Origin: Fonticula alba ATCC 38817 | Lineage: Eukaryota; Protista; Nucleariida | Length of the DNA: 32,420 nt | Assembly: GCA_000388065.2 (NCBI GenBank) | Contig: KB932201.1 | Reading direction: 5' to 3' (one strand) | Shown: positions 11,439-20,993 of the stretch, piece after piece | How positions within the stretch are numbered: position 1 is the first letter of the stretch | Layout: every line of letters begins with the position of its first letter | The notes under the pieces: generated by a model | The model's input: only the letters and a program-made list of their open reading frames with translations | What the model was told of the DNA's origin: nothing | The model's database searches: none | Program-made: the position numbers and the translations under genes

Positions 11439-11910
11439 CCATCGAGGGCCGCACTCAGTTCGACATGCTGCAGGTGATCCAGCGCGAGTACAAGCTCCGG
11501 TCATACTCGCTGAACTCCGTGTCCATCGAGTTCCTGGGCGAGCAGAAGGAGGATGTCCATCACTCGATCATCTCGGACTTGCAGAACGGCAACTCCGAAA
11601 CCCGCCGGCGCCTGGCCGTCTACTGTCTCAAGGATTCGGACCTGCCCATGCGGCTGATGGAGAAGCTGATGTGTGTCTTCAACTTCGTGGAGATGGCCCG
11701 TGTGACCGGCGTCCCGTTCACATACCTGCTCACGCGTGGCCAGCAGATCAAGGTCGTGTCGCAGCTCTTCCGCAAGTCCCTCGAGCGGGACTTCCTCATC
11801 CCCACTCTGCGTGTGGGTGGCAGCGGCGCCGACGAGCAGTACGAGGGTGCCACCGTCATCGAGCCGGAGCGCGGGTACTACTCGAAGCCGATTGCGACGT
11901 TGGATTTCTC
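11439..11910 (+). pseudogene. POLD1: Single isolated internal exon of DNA polymerase delta catalytic subunit (end of exonuclease domain to start of polymerase motif A); gene fragment or misplaced assembly piece
   Basis: [109 protein letters not shown] is unmistakable Pol delta. Intact acceptor (TAG 11436-11438) and donor (GTGCGC 11911). No other Pol delta exon is visible on either side. Identity confidence is high; status is uncertain. Confidence 0.85.
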
Positions 11911-11996
11911 GTGCGCATCCACCTCCCTCCATCTCTGCTCCATGACCCGCGGGGTTCCTGCCTCCGGCGTTTCTCACCACTGTGCTTTGCCCCTCG

Positions 11997-12115
<119 letters not shown>

Positions 12116-12157
12116 CCCGCCCCTTCCCCACCTCGGCTTACTATCGCCCCGTCTGCC

Positions 12158-13452
12158 ATGTCTGCCAGCGAGCAGGATTCCACCGCGGCGGCCGCCACGC
12201 CGGCCGCCATGACCGACGCCGGGCGGCCCGGCGTCGCGGGCACCGCCACCAGCGTCGCCTCCCCGCCGGGCCCCCGGACCGACGGCAAGAAGCTCGGGTT
12301 CTTCCGTGACCCGCGCGTGACTTTGGGCATGGTCCCGCTGGACCGGGGGTTCCGAGCGGCGGACGTGAGCATGCCCATCTCGCAGGACCTGTGGTTCTAC
12401 ACCAAGTCCAACTTCCAGACCTTCTCCACTTTCACGGCATGCTTGCTGCCGGTGCTCGTGCTGTCGTACAACTCGCGCTTCTGGCGCTCAGCCGGCACGA
12501 CGAGCCTGCAAGCCATGTTGCAGTCATGCACGCTGGTCCCGGTGCGTACGCCAGCTTGCCACCTTGTCGCCCGAATGCCGGGCCCTCGAGACACTGTGGG
12601 CTGTGCCATGCTTGGGCACTCCCTCGTTGCATGCAATTCTCACCCATTCTTCGGCCCCTCGCCGGGGCCTTCCCTCGCTCGCCCTGCCTTGTCCCCCGCC
12701 CGCCCCCCTCCCCTCCACCTCCCCGGGGCATCTGTCTCCCTCAGGCGGTCCTGCCGCTGGCGGTGCTGGCCAGCCAGTGGCTGTCCACCTGGTCCATCGA
12801 GAGCCCGGCCGCGCGGCTGGCTTCCGTCCGGTCGGCCTGCCTGGCCCGCTACGAGTCCCTTCGCCGGCGGCGTGGCGATCTGATCTCCGGGCTCGGTGCG
12901 CCCCCATGCCCCCTTTGCCGTGTTATAAATGGCCTCTTTTCCCTCTCTTTTTGATTCCCCCCCCCGCGCCCCTGGGGACCGGCTAACCCTCTCCTCGCCT
13001 CCTTCTCCTGCTGGCCCGCTCTCCCGCGCCGACCATCAGGCGTGGCCGTGGGAGTCCTCTGCACGCCGATCATCACCCGGCAGCTGACCTCCTCGGCCAC
13101 CCTCTTCCGGCGAGTGATCTTTTCCGGGGTCGTCGGCGGGTCGGTCGCCGCCGGCCTCAATCTCATGGACACCATGTACCGGGAGATGCGCCTGGCCCGG
13201 AGCCTGAAGCACATCTGCGAGGGGCAGCTGGTCCGGTCCGGGGCCATCCCCTCCAGCCAGCAGGCGGTCACCATTCAGCAGGACCGCGAGGCGGGCCGGG
13301 CCGAGCTTGCTGCCGCCACCGGCGAGTATCCGCTGGCCTTTGTCGGCATGACCACCATCGAGCGCAATGCCCTGATCGAGGCGCGCTTGAAGGAGGTCCG
13401 CTCGGATGCAGCCCAGATGCGACCCATTGCCGAGGCCTTCGGCCTATACTGA
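12158..13452 (+). CDS. Uncharacterised multi-pass membrane protein (about 315 aa), weakly Tim17/22/23-like; model join(12158..12541,12745..12895,13040..13452)
   Basis: gccATG start and phase-consistent introns (GTGCGT..CAG, GTGCGC..CAG). About four hydrophobic segments ([57 protein letters not shown]) with small-residue GxxxG-like motifs, then a charged helical tail. The family call is weak. Confidence 0.72.
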
Positions 13453-13846
13453 AGGCCCACATTTTTGTCTCTCCTCCTATTCCCCCCTCCCTTCCCTCCC
13501 TCCCTCCCTCGCCAAGCTGGCCATTCTAGAGGCCGCGGGCGTGGGCCAATGTAGATCCCCACTTTCCCCTGCCCTATTTTCCTCGTCCCCCCCCCCTCGG
13601 TTTTCGTGAAGGCGGGGGAGGCATTTCCCGGCTGGCAAGCGGGGCCGTCTATTTCCCTTGATCGGTATTTGCGGGCGCCGGCAGGCGATGAAGGATGATC
13701 CCGCGCTCTTTCGGCCAGATCGACAGGGTTACGGGGCAGGGGTGGCTCTGTGTCAGTGTCTTCTGCGTGCATGGACACATTCGCGCACGTGTCGGGGCAT
13801 TTTGGGGAATGAGAGGCAGGCCCCCGCCCCCGGGAGGCAGGCGCAC

Positions 13847-15182
13847 CCTTGGGAGTGTTGAAAGGAATCACGGCGCTCCGGAGCCGATCGTCAGCTTGGC
13901 AGAGCGCCGCGACGCGGTCAGAAAGAAGAGCATGTAGCCGACTCCGGCCGGCCTACAGATCCATCGGGGTCAGCCAGTTGGCCGGTCAGTCGCGAGATCC
14001 GCCATCAAGGGGCGAAGCATATGTGTCACATGGGTGTACCTCATCGAAGGGGACGCCGCCGCGGCGCTTCCTGGCTGCCGGCACGTGCAGGATGATCGCC
14101 CCGCCAAGCGCCGGGTCCAGCAAGGCCACAGCCAGGTCGACCACTGCTCGGAGGGCGTGCTCGCCATTTTGCAGGGCGGCTCGCAGGAGGCTCGAGCTAT
14201 GTTTCGGAGGCCAGTCAGCATGGGATCCCAGGCACGGCGGGCGAAGGGGGCGGGAGGAGGCGGGGGGGGGGGGCGGGGGGGGGCGGGAAACCCGGGATAC
14301 ATACCAATACACCACGTCGAAGGTGCCCGGGTGGAGGACCTCCCCCAGGGAAGGATGGACATCGTCCAGCGGGGTGTCATCAGCCCCGGATGCCAAAAGG
14401 TCCGCACACAGAAGAGCCACATTGAAAGGCCACCGGAGTCGATCAAGGCGAGGGCCCTGCTCCTCCTGCAGTGGCAAGTCCGCCGGAGGGGCATTTTTCA
14501 AGGCGGCCGCCGCATCGGCCACCGGCAGCGGGTCGCCAAGCGCCAGCATTCGGCGCCGGGCATCCAGGGCGGCGGCTTCCAGACGCTCGCCCTGGCGCAC
14601 GTCAACCGGGGCATTGTGCTGGCGGCTGGACCGGAGCCAGCGTGCGAGGTGGCCTCCACCGGGGCTGCTGGCAACTGGCCGGATGTTCTCCCCGAACACC
14701 GGCAGTGGCAGGGGCAGGAAGCCGCCGGCCCCCGGCAGCGACATCGGGAAGTAGCTCTCCGGCCCGGCCGACCCTTGGGGCATTTGCCCCTCGGAGTCGA
14801 CCACCGGCAGGGCGCCCGGCGAGCAGAGGGAGGCGCTGGCCCGGGCCACCAGCCGGGCATGGCGAATCTTGGCCAGATCATGGTCAACCCCGATGACATG
14901 CACCAGTCCCGGGCCGAAGTCCCGAGCACCCGGGATCGCCAGCCGGGCAAGGTGCTGCGTCAGCCGGCCACTGCCGCAACCAAGATGTGCAAGGCGCAGC
15001 GGGCGCCGGCCGCCGACGGTCGCAGGCTCTCCGGCCACCATCAAGGCCGGCACCTCTTTCAGGGCTGCCTGGAGGAAGTACATCAGCGGCTCAACCACCA
15101 GCGGGGAGACTGGCTCAATGTCCGGGGCCGGACGCTTGGCTGGGGGCATCGCATCGGCCGCCGGGCGCGTACGAGGGGGCAT
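13847..15182 (-). CDS. Class I SAM-dependent methyltransferase-like protein; exons 15182..14305, 14196..14040, 13952..13847; last exon or stop unresolved (about 13.65-13.75 kb)
   Basis: Motif I LRLAHLGCGSGRLTQHLA, motif II VHVIGVDHD, later LCADL..GTFDVVYWC and GGAIILHV strands typical of the Rossmann MTase fold. Donors GTATGT (14304), GTACAC (14039), GTGCGC (13846) with phase-matched acceptors. Confidence 0.72.
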
Positions 15183-15757
15183 CCCTCGTGTGGTGGATGC
15201 AAATCCAATGGACCCGCGGCCGGGCAGACAAGGCACAAGGGGGGAGAGTGGCCGGAGCACTTGGCAGGCCAGAAGGTGGCGGGCAAAGCAGGAGAGGAGG
15301 GGGGGGGGGGGGGGGGGACGGGGGCAGAGGAGGGCAGAGGAGGGCAGAGCAATGTGGCATGGCTGGGGCTCCGGTCGCCCAGGTGCCCCCCCCCTCGGGG
15401 GGCGCGGCTCTTGGGGTGCTTTCGTGCGGCACTCGATCGCGAGCCGGCGAAGGCCCCCCTGCGCCATCGTTGGCAGTTCCCCAACTGCGCGGGGCTCGAT
15501 GCGCGCGTGTGTTGCCCGGCCCGTCTGCCCGTCTGCCCGTCTGCCCGTGGGCCGAGGGGAGAGGGGGGCGGCGAGGGGGAGGGATGTCGGGCGTGGCGCC
15601 GGCAGGAGCGGGGCCTGTCTCCCCGCCCGAAGGGCCCACGATCCGCGAGGGGGTGATGTGGAGCCGGCCTGGCCGCCGTGACCGGCAAGGGTTTCCTCTT
15701 AGCATCTATCCTTCCCTCCCCTCCCCCTCTTCCCCTTGCTTTCTATCACACGCACCC

Positions 15758-17628
15758 ATGGGCGACGGCAATCCTTCGCCCCGGGACACCCATCCCGGGG
15801 GCGGTTTTCGCCACCACCACCATCACTCCCAGCAGCAGCCGAGGCAGCAGCAGCAGCCGCCGCAGCAGCAGCAGCAGCATTCCTCGCACTCGCAGCAGCC
15901 AGCCCTGTCGTCTCATGCCCCACAGCACCCTCCATTCCCTCCGCACCAAGGCAGCCACCACTGGTCGTACTCCTCGGGCCATCATCCGCCCCAGTATCCG
16001 CAGCACCCTCCCCACTTCCACCACCCCCACCACCAGCAGCAGCAGCCGCCCCCGCCGTCCTTCCCGCGCCACCATCATCATCATCATCAACATCTCCATC
16101 ATCGGCAACAGCCCTACCGCCCTCACCAGCAGCCTCCCCGCGGCCGGGCACCTGCCAATCAGAACACCCGGGAAAAGCGCCTGGTACGCTCTCACCCTGG
16201 GCTTTGAGCATTGCTGACCGGCCCAGGGCGCCGCCTTGCGCCATGGGCTTGCCCCCCNNNNNNNNNNNNNNNNNNNNNNNNNNNNNNNNNNNNNNNNNNC
16301 CCCCCCCCTGCCCCTGCCCTTGCCCCGGGACTGACGTCGCGCCCTGTCATCCGCCACCACCGGCCTAGAGCGAGCACATTCCCCAGCTCCCTGACCTGAA
16401 GAGCATCCCCGACGAGCTGTGGCAATTCTTCCGCGAGCGCCTGGCCCTCGTTCGGTACCCGGACCCGGGGCTGATTGTGGCGCACCTGCGGCGATTGATG
16501 CCGGCCACGGCCGGCGAGCCTGGCACGCCGGAGCTCCTGCGGTCCGTTCTGTCGGATGGCATCCAGCGCCAGGACCCGGAGGTCGTGGACCCGGCCCGGC
16601 CGGACCCGGATTCCGGGGCCCCCTTCAACAATCCCTGCGGGGCTCGGTACCAGCTGGTTCTGAGTGACAGCGACTGGCGGGTTCTCTTTGCCGAGTACTC
16701 GGACGCGCAAATCCTCTTCTGCCTGGTGCGGCTCTTTTTGGATGGCCATCGTTTTGGCCGGCCGGTCGGCGACGATGGCCAGACCGAAGACGGCTGGTCC
16801 CGGGCCGCGCCGGCCATCAACCCCGACACCGGCGCCCGGGTGGAGCTCCACTCCCCGGCGGATGATGAGCTCGTGCGCCTGACCTTCCCCTACAAGCACC
16901 TGTCCTATTCGGCCGGCGATTGCGCGCAGCTCTTCACCAATCTGTCGCGCTTCTACCTGGTACGCCCTCGGCATTTGGCGGCTCGCTGTCCTCCGGCCCG
17001 GGACCCGGCCCCGACTGACCGTGTCTCGTGCCCCCTGGTCGGGCATGCCTCGGTGGCCCTCCCGCCTCCCTGCCCTGCTCAGAGCCCGTCCACCTTCAAG
17101 CATCCCAAGGGCCATCGTGCCCCCCGGTGGGACGTCCGGTACCGGAGCGACGCCATGTGTGTCGTCTATATGCCGATGCCCAGCTTCAAAGACGGCCCGC
17201 AGGACCGATGCTTCTATGTGATCGGCGACAGCCACTACCATGTGATTGATATCCTGCCAGACCTGTTCACGGAGCCCGTGCGCCTGCGGGCGTCACGTCG
17301 CAAGTTTGGCTCCACAGCCGCTGTCACCAGCTCCCACTGCCCGAACGAGTCGCGCGAGGCTCTGGATGGCGAGATTTTCTCCCCCTCCGTGCACGCCACC
17401 TGGTACGGCGTGGCCGACGAGTCGAACCAGGCCGCTGACCCGACCGGCCGGTCGCGCTCACATGTCACGGCCGCACTCTACAGGTGTGTACTCTGGCTTC
17501 CCTGCCTCTCTCTTTCTCCCTGATCTGTCTCTCCATCTTTGTGTCTCTCTTTTCTGCTCCTTCCTCAAGGTCCTGACTGACAGTTGGCTTTGTCTTTGGT
17601 TTGGCCTCTTTCTCTCTTTCTCTCTTTC

Positions 17629-17659
<31 letters not shown>

Positions 17660-17678
17660 TTCTCTCTTTCTCTCTCAT

Positions 17679-17748
<70 letters not shown>

Positions 17749-19318
17749 CCCCTCTCCCCCTCTNNNNNNNNNNNNNNNNNNNNNNNNNNNNNNNNNNNNN
17801 NNNNNNNNNNNNNNNNNNNNNNNNNNNNNNNNNNNNNNNNNNNNNNNNNNNNNNNNNNNNNNNNNNNNNNNNNNNNNNNNNNNNNNNNNNNNNNNNNNNN
17901 NNNNNNNNNNNNNNNNNNNNNNNNNNNNNNNNNNNNNNNNNNNNNNNNNNNNNNNNNNNNNNNNNNNNNNNNNNNNNNNNNNNNNNNNNNNNNNNNNNNN
18001 NNNNNNNNNNNNNNNNNNNNNNNNNNNNNNNNNNNNNNNNNNCTCTCCTTTTCTGACACAGTCCCCCGGCTTGGCCGATCGCAGGTCTCGATCGCCGTTC
18101 AGTTCTACAAGCAATTCAAGGCCACGCGCATTCTGGACATCTCGGCTGGCTGGGGCGACCGCATGATCGCCGCGCTGGCGTGCGCGCCGACCGTGCGCAC
18201 TTACGTCGCATGCGATCCCAACCGCACGCTGATCGAAGGGCACTCGCTCATTCGGCAATCCTTCTCCCGGTATCTGGAGGAAAAGCCCCCCCAGGACCAG
18301 GAGCCTGGGCAGTTTGCCCCACATGCCGCGGACTTCCGTGTGGTGTATGGCCCCTTCGAGTCGTCGGACCTGAAGCTGGCCCCGGGGCAGCGCTTCGACT
18401 TGGCCTTCAGCTCGCCGCCCTACTTCAACTTCGAGAAGTACACCTTCGACCAGACGCAATCCTGGGTGAAGCACGGGTCCAGCTCGGACTCGTGGCTTGT
18501 TCGCTTCCTGCTCCGGTCGTATTCCCGCTGCTGGTCGCTGCTTGAGGTGCGAGGCGCATGGCTCCCCGTGTGCGGGATGCTCTTTCCGGGGGGAGGGGGG
18601 GGGGGGGTCGCGCTGCTGCTTGGCCGACTCTTTTTTTCTTTCTTTCCCGGCCCCCCTCGTTCATCTCCTCCTGGCTCCTCCTCCCTCTCCCCCCCCCCTC
18701 TCTCTCTCTCTCTCTCTCCGTCCAGCTGTCCCCCTTCTCTTTTCCTTTTGCGCACTGCCTCTTCCCCTCCCCCTCCCAGGTCCTGACTCCTTCTCCCCCC
18801 TCCCCCCGGTGCGCAGGATGGCGGCCACTTGGCCATCTACATCCAAGATGTGTCCGATGAGCCGATCTGCGAGCCGATGTCGATGTTCGTGCTGGCGCAC
18901 CTGCCCAACTCCTCGGCCCGCGGAGTGTACAGCATCCTCGGCGGGGTGGGGAAGTCGCGCCCGGTGTGGGTGTGGCAGAAGCAGGCCCCCGGAACAAGCC
19001 CCTTCGCGGCCGAGGGCCGGCTCCAGTTCCCGACCGGGTCCTTTGCCCCGGTGAAGCCCGGCGATCTGTCCATTCCCTTTGTGCCCTGGTCCAGCGGCGC
19101 CGAGCCCACCTTCGACGAGCGGGTGTCGCGACTTCTGTCCTTGGCAGATCGCCGACGCATCGACGACGAGTTCGATGTGCACTACCCCATCGCTCGGCGA
19201 CTGCTCTTCCTCGGTGGATCTGACGCCACCGACACCACGGTCCCACCGCCGGATGTGGTGGCCTTCAGTGGCCGGACCCAGGCCATGCATCTGTCCGAGG
19301 GGTGGTTCGATGGGGGCT
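15758..19318 (+). CDS. His/Gln-rich N-terminus plus SPPY-type amino (N4-cytosine/N6-adenine) methyltransferase domain; exons 15758..16183, 16369..16959, 17083..17483, [exon predicted in N gap], 18085..18546, 18817..19318 (or stop at 19326 if unspliced)
   Basis: Motif I RILDISAGWGDRMIAA (18127-18174), motif II YVACDPN, catalytic motif IV FDLAFSSPPYFNFEKY (SPPY at 18412-18423), and LLE|DGGHLAIYI across a phase-0 intron (18547-18816). Upstream FPYKHL and IDILPDLFTEPVRLRA blocks match my recollection of this MTase family. Confidence 0.88.
17605..17763. repeat. Degenerate (CT)n/(CTTT) microsatellite in an intron, next to an assembly gap
   Basis: Direct reading. Confidence 0.95.
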
Positions 19319-19464
19319 GTGCGTGACGCACGCGCTCTCCGCTCTCGTGTGCTCTCTTCTTTCTTTCCCCTTTTTTTTTCCGCCCCCGTCCCGCACTTGT
19401 TCCAGCCCCGGCCCAGGCCAGGCCGGGGGGCGGACACTTTCTAACCATAGCGAGCACGCTCGCC

Positions 19465-19510
19465 TTCCTTCTTCTTCTTCTTCTTCCTCTTCCTCTTCCT
19501 CTTCTTCTTT
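19465..19510. repeat. (CTT)n/(CCTCTT)n pyrimidine tract, the candidate polypyrimidine tract of the intron joining the MTase and GNAT domains
   Basis: Direct reading; ends about 10 nt before the CAG at 19520-19522. Confidence 0.85.
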
Positions 19511-19522
19511 TTGGGTCGACAG

Positions 19523-20845
19523 TCGACATTGCCCCCCTGCACGAGGCATCGGCCGAGTTGCGTGCCGATGCGGCCATCCTCTTCCAGCAGGCCGGGCTAC
19601 GGGCTGCCGAGCTCAGCGAAAACTATCCCGTGGCCTCGGTCCGGGCCAACCTCGGCAGTGAGGCCTTCCGGGCGTTGGAGGACCCGCCGCAAATGCAGGA
19701 CCTCTTCCCGGCGGCCTCCGGCGATTCGAAGACCTCGAGAAGCTCGGCCGATGCGCATGACCCGGCTGTGGACTTTGTGTGTGACTACCTGCGCGCTGGC
19801 CAGGCGGCCATTGTGGCCGGCCAGCCGGGCCCCGGCGGCGAGGACCCGGCCGATGGCCGGTGGTGGGTGGCCACGGCCCGGTCGACCGGCTTCGCGGTGG
19901 GTCTTCTCCGAGCTCGGCGCGTGCCTGCCGCCGGTGCGGCCGGCGCCCCTGCGGCCGATGTCCCGGGCAATGAGGCTCCGGCCGAAATGTGGCTGGTCAG
20001 TGACTTTGCCGTGGCCCGTGCCTGGGACACGGACTACGCCGCCATCAGCTACGCCCTGCTCCGGGAGTTTGTCCGGTCGGTGGCTCCAGCCGACGGGACG
20101 GCCGGTGCCTGGCCGCTGGTGCGCTTCCGCTTCTGGCCGTGGATGCGCATCCGTGGCGCGCCGGACTCGGAGCTTTCCGAGCCCCAGCACTATCAGAGCC
20201 CCAATGCTTTGGTAGAGGCACAGCGTAAGTTCAGCACGCTGCTCCTGGAGTGCATGGCTCCGGGGGCCTCTTCCGAGGGGTTCGATGCGGGGCTGCTCAG
20301 CCGTATGGTGCGTGGGGCTGCGCCTCTGCCTTTCCCCCCTTGCCGCCTGGCGCTCGTCTGTCGTCAACTGCCGCCTCCCCCCCCCCCCCCATTCGCCGCG
20401 CATTTCGCTCTCCTCTCTCTCTCCCCTCGGAGCCTCCCACTGCCTTTTTTTTGTCTTCGCTGACACCCCTCGATGCCGGTCGCGCGATGTGGGCGCCTGC
20501 TCAGTGTGACTCGGTCCTGGAGCACGCCAAGGCCCTGTGGACGACAAGCCGCGGCCGGTCCTCGGGCTTGGACATCAAGTTCCCGGCGCGCCGGGGCGCC
20601 GTGGCCGCCAAGCGCACCATGCGTTTCAGGTGAGCATTCTGTGCCTGGAAGGCTCCCCCCCCCCTCCCCCCCCTCCTGCCTCCGCCTGGGCGGGGCTCCT
20701 GTTGTTTGTGTGCTCCCCCGGCCCCCTGCCATTCGCGGTCTGTCCTTCCCCCTGCTTCTGTCTTTTACTTCTCCTCTTTGCCCCTTTCTCCCGGCTGGCT
20801 CGCTGGGCCGGCAGCTGTTTGTGGCTTCATGCGCGCGAGCTGTGA
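19523..20845 (+). CDS. GNAT-like acetyltransferase domain; exons 19523..20307, 20505..20629, 20815..20845; probably the C-terminal part of the preceding MTase gene
   Basis: DIAPLHEASAELRADAAILF (beta1-alpha1-like), WWVATARSTGFAVGLLRAR (beta2-beta3), MWLVSDFAVARAWDTDYAAISYALLREFV (motif A-like beta4-alpha3) and terminal SCLWLHAREL*. Phase-consistent introns GTGCGT 20308..20504 and GTGAGC 20630..20814. No in-frame ATG precedes the first 55 or so codons. Confidence 0.62.
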
Positions 20846-20993
20846 GAAAGAATATAGATTTGGTTTTGCCCCACTTGGCCGGGGCTTGTGTGGCCGAATG
20901 CACACCCATGCGGACACCGGGCGGGTGAGTGCCTCCCAGGGGGCTCCCTCCTTGGGCTGGGCGGCGAGGGCCACGGGCCGGGTGGGTGGTCAC

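Noticed and set aside
15758-20845. Endogenous giant virus or prophage as the source of the MTase region
   Set aside because: No capsid, packaging ATPase, viral polymerase or integrase nearby. The gene has host-type introns and GC content, and the Pol fragment is cellular Pol delta.
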